A DNA stretch of 64,000 bases from a virus. The stretch's first letter is position 1. Each line of letters begins with the position of its first letter. Shown here one piece after another: positions 8,801 to 18,969 of this stretch. The position numbers were made by a program, and so were the translations under genes. The stretch lies in IMG/VR virus record IMGVR_UViG_3300019762_000007, positions 1 through 64,000 of that record; one strand, written 5' to 3'. Under the pieces are notes generated by a model. It worked only from the letters and a program-made list of their open reading frames with translations, was not told the origin of the DNA and did not search any database.

Positions 8801-11344
8801 TTTTTTATTTAATCTTTTAACGTGTTTATCAAAGTTCTTTTTAAGTTTTTTATTGCCTAAGAAGTTCTTACCAAAAGCGGATTCAAAAGCAGCTTCTAGT
8901 TCAGTTTCATCAATAGCCTGTTCAAATATAGGTTGATTATCTTCTAGTTTATCTTCAGTAACTTGTTCTATAGTTTTACCTAATTCATCTCTAAGTTGCT
9001 CTCTACCTTCTTGAGTTTTAAATAATTTAGCTACTCTATTAGCTTCTTCTATAGACTTATCTCTAAAACCAGAAGTAGTAGTCATTTCTGATAATGTAGA
9101 CACTTCTGAACCTATTCCCAATCCAGGATAGATCTCCTCTAGATATGCCTTCTTTGAGTCAAAGGATTCAGATTTAGTTTTAGACAAAATGTCCTCTATA
9201 CCTCCTTTATATACAGAATTAAATATATCAGCGACATCACCACTACTAAGTTTCCTACCTTCCTTTTGGGCTTTTTTTACCTCTGAAGTTAGATGCTTAT
9301 TTGCTTTGATGTAGATATCTTTTGTCTTATCTATCAGATCTTCAATAGCTTGTTTATCATAATCAGACTTATTTATTAAATCTTCTTTTATCTCTTTATA
9401 AGATTCCTTACTCTTTTTATTAAGCCTATTTACCATTTTAGCAGTTAATGAAGCATTAAGTACTTTCTTTACTGCTAGGTCCTCAATAGCATTATCATAA
9501 GAATCTGCATATTTAGCAATAGTCTTCTTAGCAGCTTCTTGTTCTTCCAAGAAGGTAGCTCTATCATTGTTATAAGATTGTCTCTCTTCTGGAGACATCT
9601 TAGTTTTATCTTTAACCTCAAATTCCTCAGTTAGCTTAGCTCTTGCCTCATCTATTTTTGTCTGCACTTTTTTAGAGGTTCCATAAAGTCTTCCAGCAGA
9701 ATACTGTCTTATTGCATTATCTGCAACATGAGATCTCATCTCTTCATTTGCATCTTTAAGAATAGACACATATTCTGTAAGATTTTTTCTATACTCTTTT
9801 ACATCTTTAATGTCTTCATTACCAGTTTTAATTTCTTCATCAGTCTTCGATAATATATCTTCTGCATCTCTTATACCTCTTTCAATATTACCTTGAGATA
9901 CTGAGTTAGATACATTAGCTATTATACTTCCATATGTGTTAATATCTTTTAAGTTAGGGTTTAGAAGAGACTGCTTAACTGTATTGTTATAAGCGGTATC
10001 TGCTATCTTTGCCATAGACATCTGAATCTCCAGGTTTTTAATTTTATTAGCATTACCCCCTTTTACTTGGTTAATTACTTTACCTCCACCTCCAAATAAA
10101 ACTCCGCCAAAAGCTCCTAATACTACAGCTTCCGCAAACCCATCCTCTGCTGTAGCCCTATCTATAGTAGAGCCTAAACTTTCATAGTTGGCTAAACCGT
10201 GTTCGGCCATCGTATTTTGCATAGACCAAGCATTCGTAATATTTTGATAGCCTTCTTCTAGTCCCTCAGATATACCAACACCTCCTAACTCTCCCAAGCC
10301 CATAGCCCATCTTCTAAGACCTTTAGAATTTGCTAAGTCTTTTTCAAGTTTCTTCATTGAGTTTACAGCTGCTTTTGATCCTTTGGATACTTTAAGCATT
10401 TTACTTATTGCAGATAGCTGTACAAAATCTTGTAACATCATTGGAGCGTTTGCTATATAATTACTTCTACCAGCCTCTCCAGCAATTTCATTTTTTTGGT
10501 CTTCTGTTAGCTCACTTGATTTTTGTTTAGATAAGTCTATTACAGTGCCATCTTGTAATTCATAGATACCATTAGTTATCTCTCCAGAATCTAATTGCTG
10601 TTTCATAGCAGCTACAGTACCCATAGCCTCCATTTGTGATTCTATGTGTCTAGTTATAAGAGTTTGTCCTAGCATGTTAGCATTTGCTAAAACCTTAGAA
10701 GGGTCCATCTTTAAAACTTTGGCAAGCTTTAATATTTTATTACCAGCACCTAAAGATTTTCCTAATAGACTAAGACCTTTAGTAGCAGCCATTCCTGGAA
10801 CCATTATTGTAATTGTACTAGCCATAGTTCCTGCATTCTTAGCCCAAAAGGAACCTGATAAGAAATTTTCGTCTCTAGCTGAGTAAACCTCACCAGATAA
10901 GTCCTCCTTAAGTGATGATAAGTATTCAGCAGCCCAGTTAGTATAATTTGTAGACTCTCCTGTAAATACCGCACCTATCTCAGGTAAATCAGCTAATCTT
11001 GTTAAGCCTTCCGCAGTTCCTAATATTGCTTCTGCACCAAAACTCTTCATACCCTCAATAAGAAGATCACCAGTAGTCTGTGCTTCTGCTCTTTCGTATC
11101 CTAACTCCTCTTGAGAGATCGATTCAAGTCTTGTAGGATCTAAATTTAAATCATACTTAGATTTCTCGAATCTTCCAATACCTGATCCTACATCTCCAGT
11201 ATAAGTATCTACAAGACTAGTTCCTCTAGCTTGTTCAAAAGATGCTGCTAAGTCTTGTGCAGACATTAAACCTTCTGCTGCATCTATGCTATCATTAGTA
11301 GCCTTCTTATCCAAAAAGGCTTGTGCTTTCTTATCAAATCCCAT
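5876..11344 (-). CDS. Giant ejection protein with C-terminal zincin (HExxH) metallopeptidase-like domain
   Basis: 1822 aa. RHEAFH at nt 6299-6313 followed by ESLTEFLADAF; N-terminal Gly/Ala-rich membrane-like helices (EGLEEGYQ, GAFGGVLFGG); crAss cargo position. Confidence 0.75.
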   Translation of the reverse strand: MGFDKKAQAFLDKKATNDSIDAAEGLMSAQDLAASFEQARGTSLVDTYTGDVGSGIGRFEKSKYDLNLDPTRLESISQEELGYERAEAQTTGDLLIEGMKSFGAEAILGTAEGLTRLADLPEIGAVFTGESTNYTNWAAEYLSSLKEDLSGEVYSARDENFLSGSFWAKNAGTMASTITIMVPGMAATKGLSLLGKSLGAGNKILKLAKVLKMDPSKVLANANMLGQTLITRHIESQMEAMGTVAAMKQQLDSGEITNGIYELQDGTVIDLSKQKSSELTEDQKNEIAGEAGRSNYIANAPMMLQDFVQLSAISKMLKVSKGSKAAVNSMKKLEKDLANSKGLRRWAMGLGELGGVGISEGLEEGYQNITNAWSMQNTMAEHGLANYESLGSTIDRATAEDGFAEAVVLGAFGGVLFGGGGKVINQVKGGNANKIKNLEIQMSMAKIADTAYNNTVKQSLLNPNLKDINTYGSIIANVSNSVSQGNIERGIRDAEDILSKTDEEIKTGNEDIKDVKEYRKNLTEYVSILKDANEEMRSHVADNAIRQYSAGRLYGTSKKVQTKIDEARAKLTEEFEVKDKTKMSPEERQSYNNDRATFLEEQEAAKKTIAKYADSYDNAIEDLAVKKVLNASLTAKMVNRLNKKSKESYKEIKEDLINKSDYDKQAIEDLIDKTKDIYIKANKHLTSEVKKAQKEGRKLSSGDVADIFNSVYKGGIEDILSKTKSESFDSKKAYLEEIYPGLGIGSEVSTLSEMTTTSGFRDKSIEEANRVAKLFKTQEGREQLRDELGKTIEQVTEDKLEDNQPIFEQAIDETELEAAFESAFGKNFLGNKKLKKNFDKHVKRLNKKDVVEETEETEKEETTPAPSGLLTKKIEKPIETATEVKETPKVDTKVISGMVTIKADRFDESRESSGLFLATPTESKIKSSSLIDHTAASKPLLNKKGKQVAGSVKGTLELTEHNGKNVILLKDSSGKVISVLEETTDNKQLVNAVKDSGKVEVTYTKQSRSSDIIKVLGMETPLNNLGDNNLPKVDGKPTVFIGNFYSETANSTASTSMFMHDADGKMYPEPIDITPEMRKSTGSTWMLTVSPSGALVPLAVTTKTAGKVMVGNKTASEHIYDTVETLVNELNTEFIATVNSIMSDRGVTEREAVKLITSKESNEKFDYRGVSYKWSDYVYKRMVGDTSELTSLIKFNGVTGSPTYFQLVATNPTKDSEGKYIVPKLQYNRKEVGTGKSIRENITGKEAIMEALNTRYMLINPEAIRENSKDIIENWLHVNIVPGGDIYADPEFKVKITDPKVASKIESRGNKKTVTEVKKSAKGEVVVSTANREMALALDNTLLNLMDTPGNNFLQSLSKLKGYSAVYKKYSDLSKDMSMVDALIEAGLSKIIVQAIHDGTLPSDIANNIIVGMIGQEIEDLSTIKTRLESDDTIKNLIQIAVTSPVILNLVENNVATIEQIVGSLSNTLQNSLSDPNTKAPSVEILLKNGNTYNALNGRLETLTTELSSSSFKTENLVKVFANVQEVKTDAPIVEETAPISINVNESGQMVGENLLDSFSAFMKKNPVESAPKEIKTVEEKVEKTNKLLHNRIVVEQEQADLSNPFGNIDFKLFDKNLFNSSQTTDLEWFKKVLPNVPISILESLAEMSTKYGTEALGVFDNNMVAIVNGAMPKVVRHEAFHAVFNLYLKESQRDALLKEASKYAVKGESLTEFLADAFMNYAKPKGKVRKGISSLIRNFFKSLLSYLSNRPTMNEVFEAIDNGYFANKKTSKQVLDMKVDMTTLARESFESIDVLKESLSKEGKRNLDKMLKSGEIEIKCD

Positions 11345-13656
11345 TATCTTCTTTTTGCTTGTTTTAAATAGTTTTGTTGACGCTCACTGAGAACTTGCTT
11401 ATTTGCCCAAGCAATTAGTCTTACTACTTCTGGATTAACTACTTTTACATCAGCACTCTCAGTATTATCTAGTAACCTCTTAGAGTCTTCTGTTAGATAA
11501 GATACAAGAGCACTATTATGTATTGCAGATGAACCATTTTTAGCTAAATACTCAATAGCGTTTATTGCGCTGTTAGCTGCCTTTTCTTTATCACTAAGAT
11601 CCTTCTCTGCTTTCGTGGATTTTAGATTTCTTAATAATTCTAAAGCACCTGGTTTAGGGGTGATAAATTTAATAACAGGTCTTTCTCCTCCAGGAGTAGA
11701 AACTGACCCATAAGTTTCTCCAGTTACTGGATTATATCTCATAGTTCCTTCGTTACCACCAAATTCAAATTTAGCTGTACCAGCTTCTCGTGCAAACATG
11801 GCCCTACTTGTCACAGAAGCTAATTTATTATTTTCTGAGCTAGGAGGCATAACTAATATCTTAGTCTGTTTTTCATCATCTAATTGAAACATCACTGTTC
11901 CATGAGGCATTCCTTTTCCTATATTATTTACCTCTCCTAGATAAGATGCTGATACTTTACCTTTACTCTCTCCTTTATCAGGTGTAGCACTCTTAAGTAA
12001 TTCTGAGAATTGCTTAGCTGTTAGACGTTTACCAGAAGAGTCTGAATCTGAGTCTCCTGCTATTATACAGGTCTGATTTCTCATTGGACCATTAAGTAGA
12101 TTTATCCTATTAGTTGCATGTTTAGCATAAGTCTCTTTATCACTTATTAATCCTTCTGGATAACCTATGTGTAGTGTACTTATTATTTCCTTTTGTAACT
12201 TTTCTCTAGCAGCAAACATATTCTTTACTCTCTCTTTAGGGGACTCTGCAATCTCTGGTAGATATAATTCACCAGTGCTCGTATCGAATTTCTCAAAAAG
12301 AGAAGATTCTAAAGCTTCAAAGTCAGACATAGAGTCGTCTGTGCCTCCTTTTGTTATTATCTTTTTATAAGAGTAATCTTCAAAATCTTTGGTAAGTTCT
12401 TCTACATCTTTATTATATTCTTCTATTATATCTTGTGAGGCACCTTTTGTTGTGAATTTTGAATACTTGTCCTTAAGTGCTTTTAGTTTTGAATTTAATA
12501 ATAAGTCACCTGTCTGTCCTATAGCAGATATTAATTTATTGTTAGTATTGTCTATTAAAGTTCCAGTTGCATTTGTGTAACCTCTTCCTACAAAATCCAC
12601 AGACTTACTAGCCAAACCATATCCAGCTGTTGCTTTTGGAATTAAATTAGCGTCGGCTCCAAAAGAAACGGAATCTACAATGTCGTCGATCTCTTTAGCT
12701 TGTTTTGCTATATTAGCATTAGCATTTAGAGTTCTCTCAGAAGTAAACATATTGATTTTAGAGTCTGTGTCTACATCCTTACCTATACTAAATGGTACAC
12801 TATTGTAACTAACTTGGGATTTTTGAATAGTAGGTAAAGCTGCACCAGCTCTATCTTTCCTAGCCATTAAATCTTTAGTATAAAGTTGTGGATCTGTTCC
12901 AGCTTTAGCCATAGCTTTTAGCTTTAGTGCTTTTCCTTTTGAAATAGCACTAGGTGACCACTCCTTACCAGCTAACATTAACTCGTGTTTAACTTCTACT
13001 TCTATATTAGCCATAACCTCTTCATCATGACTTAGCAGTGTTTCTATTTCATTTATTAGACCTTTACCTTTATATTCAAATCCGTTCCAGTATTTAGCAT
13101 GGGCTGCTTTAGCATATTCGAAAGCTTTCTTTTCAATATCTACGTACTTTGGCAAAGCTGCTGACTCATACCCAGATACTATATTTCCAGCAGCATTTAA
13201 TCTTGTACCAGAATAACTCTTTAAATGATGTAATCCTACTTCATACTCTTTCTTACTAATAGCAGATGCTGCATACCTCTGATCTAATAATTTTCTATCA
13301 GCTTCTATATCTTGCTTAACCTTCATTAGACTGTTTAATCTAACATCGGCTCCTACTTTCATAGTAAGTTCCTTAGCCTGAGAAAGTAACTGTGAATAAT
13401 CCCCATTAGCATCAGTAACTAATTTATCCATGTGAGTTCTATACTCTTCATGAATTTTATTTGTTTGCTCTTGATCGGCATCGGCAACTACATTTGATGA
13501 CATTCCTATATCTGTAGCACCAAACATTTCTTTAGCTGTAGAATATGTAGCCTGTTTCTTTTCTATCTGCTTAGTCATAAAATCAAGAGGTAAACCAACA
13601 TACTTGCTGGTTACCTCTTTAGGTTTTGGTTGTGCAGAAAATCTATTTATAGCCAT
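11344..13656 (-). CDS. Ejection/cargo virion protein
   Basis: 770 aa; N-terminal NRF...SKYVGLPLD motif; lies between cargo protein 1 and the giant ejection protein. Confidence 0.55.
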   Translation of the reverse strand: MAINRFSAQPKPKEVTSKYVGLPLDFMTKQIEKKQATYSTAKEMFGATDIGMSSNVVADADQEQTNKIHEEYRTHMDKLVTDANGDYSQLLSQAKELTMKVGADVRLNSLMKVKQDIEADRKLLDQRYAASAISKKEYEVGLHHLKSYSGTRLNAAGNIVSGYESAALPKYVDIEKKAFEYAKAAHAKYWNGFEYKGKGLINEIETLLSHDEEVMANIEVEVKHELMLAGKEWSPSAISKGKALKLKAMAKAGTDPQLYTKDLMARKDRAGAALPTIQKSQVSYNSVPFSIGKDVDTDSKINMFTSERTLNANANIAKQAKEIDDIVDSVSFGADANLIPKATAGYGLASKSVDFVGRGYTNATGTLIDNTNNKLISAIGQTGDLLLNSKLKALKDKYSKFTTKGASQDIIEEYNKDVEELTKDFEDYSYKKIITKGGTDDSMSDFEALESSLFEKFDTSTGELYLPEIAESPKERVKNMFAAREKLQKEIISTLHIGYPEGLISDKETYAKHATNRINLLNGPMRNQTCIIAGDSDSDSSGKRLTAKQFSELLKSATPDKGESKGKVSASYLGEVNNIGKGMPHGTVMFQLDDEKQTKILVMPPSSENNKLASVTSRAMFAREAGTAKFEFGGNEGTMRYNPVTGETYGSVSTPGGERPVIKFITPKPGALELLRNLKSTKAEKDLSDKEKAANSAINAIEYLAKNGSSAIHNSALVSYLTEDSKRLLDNTESADVKVVNPEVVRLIAWANKQVLSERQQNYLKQAKRR

Positions 13657-13680
13657 ATACTTTATCGTTTATTATTATCA

Positions 13681-13688
13681 CAAATATA
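13681..13688 (-). promoter_or_regulatory. Bacteroidota -7 box TATATTTG
   Basis: Exact TAnnTTTG 24 nt upstream of ATG 13656. Confidence 0.6.
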
Positions 13689-13691
13689 GCT

Positions 13692-15200
13692 TTATTTACT
13701 GAAATCTTTTCTCTTTTTAGCTTTAATGCTAATATCTGGCATCTTTGGTATCTTACTGTACTTAGCTGCTTTACCTTTTGTTGTTAATTTACCACTATCA
13801 TCGACCACCACATTAGGATTATTAGACTTAACCATCTCCAACATTCGTTTATCTCTTTTGGCATTAAGTTCATCTGTAATCTGTTGGTTTCTAATTCTAT
13901 TCATGTCAGATATTGCTTGATCTTGATAAGCCCCAGAAGCTGCACGATTCTGTGCATCTAGCTCGTTATACTTATTTACAAGTTCTAAATTAATAGCCTT
14001 AACTCTTGATTTCTCTCCAACATTCCTAGCTTTAATCTGGTCAGCTCTAGACACTTCCGCAACATTAATAGATGTCATCGCTTTCATCTTATTAGCTACA
14101 CTAGCTCTCTTATTAGCCAGAGCAACTCCAGCATTACCGCCAGTCATTCTATCTATGTTAGAAGACTCTATTTTAGAAGCATCCATGACATCTTGACGTA
14201 CTTTGGAAGATCTATCCTTATATTCTATTTTGTCTGGAGATAGAAAATTTCTAGAAACAGTTTCAGGTTTTTTTAAAGATTTTCCTAAAGTAGCAATAGA
14301 GCTGGTATAGTCTAGCGCTTTACTGATATTGGTCCTGCCAGCTGCATCTTCTTTATTAGCATACCCTTTAGCTTTTCCAAAGACATCTTTAACTACAGCT
14401 CCGAATTTAGCTTTAGGTTTACCTTTCAGACTCATTTCAGGTAACTTATTTTTAATCATATCTAATTTATTATTATCTTTTGTTTTTAATGCTGCAACTA
14501 CCTTTTGTCTATCTTTCTTTGGGAATACCACATCTCCTTTGTCAGCACTGTATTGTATGCCTCCTTCCTCATGAGTTGGCCCACCTTTAAAGTCAGCCTT
14601 TACTTTATATTTCCCATTTATCTTTTTTGCTACAATCTCATCCCTCTCAACTTCTAGATTTGGTAGTAATACCTTTTTAGTACCTTTTCTCATTACAGTA
14701 CCTTGTGTATTGTTTCCAGAAGTTATAAGATCCTTTCCTTTTTCTTCTAGACCTGTAAGATACTGGGTTCTAGCTCTTTTTCTTAACTTGTCTGCATACC
14801 TTCCACTAGCCCCAGTTAATAAATTTAAACCCGGTACAAAAGTACCTAATTTATCTCCAGTGCTAACATCCTTATTAGTCATTACTTTTAGTGGATTAAA
14901 TGCTCCACCTATTGCAGCATTAGTAGAAGCTTTCTTAGTATTTATAAATCCTCTACTATCTACTCTTTCTGACTTTTCTTTTATAGGCTCGCCTATAGCA
15001 TCTCCTACAGCTGTAACTCCTTTTATAACTCCTCCTATTACAGGTACCTTTCCAACACCTTCCATTACAGCATTATACTGACTAGCACTTTGCTGTGCTT
15101 TAGCTCTCTCATCTGCTTCTTTAGCACTACCTGTAATACTAGCCATAAACGCACCATTTTGTGCTTTAGGTAATTTCTTTTTTATAGTTATCTTTTTCAT
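13692..15200 (-). CDS. Cargo protein 1-like virion protein
   Basis: 502 aa, basic; EVERDE...GPTHEEGGI...GDVVF motif; directly downstream of the muzzle gene as in crAss gene order. Confidence 0.6.
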   Translation of the reverse strand: MKKITIKKKLPKAQNGAFMASITGSAKEADERAKAQQSASQYNAVMEGVGKVPVIGGVIKGVTAVGDAIGEPIKEKSERVDSRGFINTKKASTNAAIGGAFNPLKVMTNKDVSTGDKLGTFVPGLNLLTGASGRYADKLRKRARTQYLTGLEEKGKDLITSGNNTQGTVMRKGTKKVLLPNLEVERDEIVAKKINGKYKVKADFKGGPTHEEGGIQYSADKGDVVFPKKDRQKVVAALKTKDNNKLDMIKNKLPEMSLKGKPKAKFGAVVKDVFGKAKGYANKEDAAGRTNISKALDYTSSIATLGKSLKKPETVSRNFLSPDKIEYKDRSSKVRQDVMDASKIESSNIDRMTGGNAGVALANKRASVANKMKAMTSINVAEVSRADQIKARNVGEKSRVKAINLELVNKYNELDAQNRAASGAYQDQAISDMNRIRNQQITDELNAKRDKRMLEMVKSNNPNVVVDDSGKLTTKGKAAKYSKIPKMPDISIKAKKRKDFSK

Positions 15201-15201
15201 T

Positions 15202-18200
15202 TTAATATGTATTTAATACTACATCTGTTTTATAGTCCTCTAAGGTACTAAAGGATTCTTTATCATTCTCAAAATCAATTGAAGTTGTTATAAAAGATCC
15301 TGTCATCTTTGCTTTAAATTGTCCTAAATAATCTATAGATCCGTCTTCTTCCTTTCTATCTACAGGTATTGCTAATCTATAGTGATCTTGTATTTTATTA
15401 ATATTCAATATATCATTTTGAAACACTGTATCAATAAAAGAAGTTACTATATTAGGTATAAGTATTCCAGTGTCTTTATAAGTATTAAAGAACCTAAAAT
15501 TCTTAAGTTTTACTTTATTAGTATTTACTTTATGTATACTTGGTACTTTATAATTATTTAATTTAAATCTAGTATTTAAAAATTCGTAATTCTCCATATT
15601 AGAATTAGAAGTTTGAATATTTAATGAGAATGTAATATTACTGTCCCCATTAATTGATCTTAATGCACTCTGATATAGTTCATCTGTTTTTATTAAATAC
15701 TTATTATTTATTAGGTATAGTGTATCATTTCCTACATTAATTATAGATTTAGGTCTATAAGTGTGAAAGCTAGAAAAACTATTAAGCTTCTCGTCATAGC
15801 TTAATGTCCAATTATCATTAGATATATGTAATGTATTATTACCAGTGCTATAACCTATAAATAAATTACTATTCTCCTTTAATAATCTAGAAAGAGAATA
15901 CTTACAAGTATCTGCTCCTAAAGGAACTAGAGAATCTGTAAGCTTTAGGATACTTCCATTTTTCTTGTCTATGAAGAAATACCCAAAAGGAGTACTCACT
16001 GAGTGGCTGTGGTCGATACATCCTGTATAGGAACCCTTGGAAGTAGCCATTTCAAGTGCAGGTCTATTAAACAATCCTCCATTACCTAAGTATACTTCTC
16101 CTAAAGAAGATGACTGAATTACAGCATCATTTACAAAACACCTCCAAAGAGTGTCAGCTGTATGAGCGTATAAGGTATTATTAGTTGAGAATATATTTGT
16201 TATATCTCCTCTAGATACATTTAAATCAGTGTAGTTATTTACTAAGAAGTTTCTATAAGAGTCTACAGAACTTCCAGAGTTTTGAACATCTGAATATATA
16301 ATGCGTGTACCAAATGTACTAACGCTTTCAATATCTTCTGTAGGTGTAAACTTAGGTTCTATAACATTCTGAGCAGAGTACTGTTTATTGTATGCTGTAG
16401 GATGGCCCAATTCACCAGAATAATTAAATAACCCGAAAGGATCAGTCTTACTTAACATTTGAGTGAAGTTTGGGTATAGAGGAAGAGTACCTTCTATACC
16501 ACCTTCTGCATTTATTTGCTTAAAGTATTGAAGATCATAATTAACATTAGACTCTAAGGGTAAATAGTATAGATTTCTTGAAATTAATTCAGGAGTTCTA
16601 GCCTCATTAGTATTCCAATAAAATCTATAGATACTTGTTTTAGAAAATATACCAACTTTATTTATAAAAGTATCTCCACCGAATACATTTATTGATGTAG
16701 AATCAGATGTTCTAATATCTGTTAAAGGATCTATTCTAGCTGTACCAAAGAGTACTGTAGTGATAGGTAAATACTCCTTACTGCTTATAGCTCCATAATA
16801 ACCAGGTCTAGAAGTTTTTAAATTATAAACATCTACTGGAATAGAGTCATCCCACAGTTTAACTATGTCTGTATCACCAGAATCTATATCATGTACAAAT
16901 TCTATTGTAGATCCTATATAAGAAGTAGGAAAGTTTCCATTTGTTTTAAAACACATCAATGGGCCAGATCCAGTACCAGATTTAATAGGTTCTCCTAAAC
17001 CATTTATAAATGCAGAAGAAGTATTAGCAGGTATATCAGCAGAACCTAAAACTTCAACAGTTTCAGAGTCATTTAAATTACCACTAGTACTAGACACATC
17101 TAATAGATTCATTAAAGGAATGTCTTCATATCTACCAGCATTAGTTAGCTTATATTTCGCTGTATAAACTGCTACCCTTTCAAGTATAGAAGCATCACGT
17201 TGCATATCAGTGAATATATAAGGTTCTGGTGTTAATATACCTAATAGGCTTCTATTTACATCAGTTTCTTTTTTATTAACACGAGTACTGCTTCCATCCC
17301 TAACTGTATAGTTAACTGAAAGACCGCCAGGAACTGGAGTATGAAACTTATCTTTCGAATCATCTTCGATCGTCCAAAAATGCTGACCTATACCTTGAGA
17401 TAGTATAGTTTCTTTTCCCTTTCTACTCTCACGAGTTATAGTGTAACCGTCCATCTGAGAGCTTATCTCTTCTGGTATTACTACTGTAAAGTTGAGACCT
17501 AATATGTTAATAACCAGTATACCATTAGCACTAGAACTATCTATCACAGGACATACTGACTCTGTTGGCATTCTATGATACTTTATAGTATTACCAGACA
17601 GTGCCCCAAAGTAGTCAGGATATTTAAGCCCAATTCCAGAGGTTTCTGCTACACCTAAAGTACCGTCAGCTAGGGCATTTTGATTAGTTCCAATCGCTGG
17701 TATATGATAAGTATTTAAAGCCACTCCTCCTACTATTGGTGTAAACCCAAAAGAATATACCTCGCCTCTTCTGTATCCTACTCTTCTGGCACAGTCAATA
17801 GGATTCTTATAAATACCTTCGTGTATACCTGTTTCTAGAACATTGTTCTCTCCATTAAAAGCATCTCCTCCAGTCCTTGCTATTCCAGTAGGAACAGTAT
17901 AATCAGAATCATAGTCAAGTAGTTCACCAGAAAAAGAAAATGTATCTGTAATACTCTTCTTGTATTTAACCCATTTTACAGAAATACTATTAGCTATGTT
18001 CTGCCATTTAGAGTGTTCTATATCTTCTGATGTTGACAGGTTACCTAAGAACAGTATATTATCTTTTGTTCCTATAGTTTTTGCAGTTTTGTAGTTTACG
18101 CCACCTCCTAATATTTCTTCTACAGGTATAGATTCTGAATCAGTTTCCTGAGCTGTATACTCTATTGTAACTGAACTTCCTTTAATCTCTACTTTATTTA

Positions 18201-18969
18201 GCGCAGTCATTTTTGGAACGTTGCTATCACCTATATAGGTAAAGACAACTGGCTGGATATACTTATACACAGAAGATACTCCACTTATAGTAGCTGTTAT
18301 CCTCTTATTTGTTTTAGTTTGTGGTAAGTCCCCAGTAACACCTCTACCAACACCTGACCCTTTGAATATAGGAATTGGGCTAGTAAAAGCTCCAAAATTA
18401 GAGCTATTACCAGTATCAGTTACATACCTTGCACCTATCATATATATACCAGAAGGAATACTACCTCCTTCAGTTACTGCTTCAAGTTCAGTTACTGTTG
18501 GAGCAGCCGTTACAAATAATCTAGTCTCTTCCTCTTCACTATTATAAGTTTTACCTAAGTAGTGTACTCTCGGTACGTTGTAGTAATCTAGAAAATAAAA
18601 TGTAGGTTGACCAGTATAGGTAGCTTTTACTATAAATTTAGTATAACCACTATTTAATTTTATTGTAAGTAACTCTCCTACTTTAGTGAGTTCCCCTAAA
18701 ATGTTATTACCTTCAATATGCTTATACTCATATATTCTAATACCTGTATCAAGTCGGGTAACTATAAAATTTCTACCATTTAAATAGGCATCCCCAGCAA
18801 CTGTTTCTCCTTCAGGTATACTTACAGAATCCACAAATGGTTTCTCGGTCCTAACTTTTCCTGTAATATCCCTTGTTATGTTAATAGCATTTTCATAAGT
18901 ACCTGGAATAGTTTCAGAACCTACAAAGTCTAAAGCTAGACCTTTACTAAAATCTTGTCTAATTTCCAT
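15202..18969 (-). CDS. Tail muzzle / tail stabilization protein (Tstab)
   Basis: 1255 aa; motifs LFLGNL, GYRRGEVYSFG, FGGDTFI, TRIIYS, GDITNI, SFSSFHTY. Confidence 0.85.
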   Translation of the reverse strand: MEIRQDFSKGLALDFVGSETIPGTYENAINITRDITGKVRTEKPFVDSVSIPEGETVAGDAYLNGRNFIVTRLDTGIRIYEYKHIEGNNILGELTKVGELLTIKLNSGYTKFIVKATYTGQPTFYFLDYYNVPRVHYLGKTYNSEEEETRLFVTAAPTVTELEAVTEGGSIPSGIYMIGARYVTDTGNSSNFGAFTSPIPIFKGSGVGRGVTGDLPQTKTNKRITATISGVSSVYKYIQPVVFTYIGDSNVPKMTALNKVEIKGSSVTIEYTAQETDSESIPVEEILGGGVNYKTAKTIGTKDNILFLGNLSTSEDIEHSKWQNIANSISVKWVKYKKSITDTFSFSGELLDYDSDYTVPTGIARTGGDAFNGENNVLETGIHEGIYKNPIDCARRVGYRRGEVYSFGFTPIVGGVALNTYHIPAIGTNQNALADGTLGVAETSGIGLKYPDYFGALSGNTIKYHRMPTESVCPVIDSSSANGILVINILGLNFTVVIPEEISSQMDGYTITRESRKGKETILSQGIGQHFWTIEDDSKDKFHTPVPGGLSVNYTVRDGSSTRVNKKETDVNRSLLGILTPEPYIFTDMQRDASILERVAVYTAKYKLTNAGRYEDIPLMNLLDVSSTSGNLNDSETVEVLGSADIPANTSSAFINGLGEPIKSGTGSGPLMCFKTNGNFPTSYIGSTIEFVHDIDSGDTDIVKLWDDSIPVDVYNLKTSRPGYYGAISSKEYLPITTVLFGTARIDPLTDIRTSDSTSINVFGGDTFINKVGIFSKTSIYRFYWNTNEARTPELISRNLYYLPLESNVNYDLQYFKQINAEGGIEGTLPLYPNFTQMLSKTDPFGLFNYSGELGHPTAYNKQYSAQNVIEPKFTPTEDIESVSTFGTRIIYSDVQNSGSSVDSYRNFLVNNYTDLNVSRGDITNIFSTNNTLYAHTADTLWRCFVNDAVIQSSSLGEVYLGNGGLFNRPALEMATSKGSYTGCIDHSHSVSTPFGYFFIDKKNGSILKLTDSLVPLGADTCKYSLSRLLKENSNLFIGYSTGNNTLHISNDNWTLSYDEKLNSFSSFHTYRPKSIINVGNDTLYLINNKYLIKTDELYQSALRSINGDSNITFSLNIQTSNSNMENYEFLNTRFKLNNYKVPSIHKVNTNKVKLKNFRFFNTYKDTGILIPNIVTSFIDTVFQNDILNINKIQDHYRLAIPVDRKEEDGSIDYLGQFKAKMTGSFITTSIDFENDKESFSTLEDYKTDVVLNTY

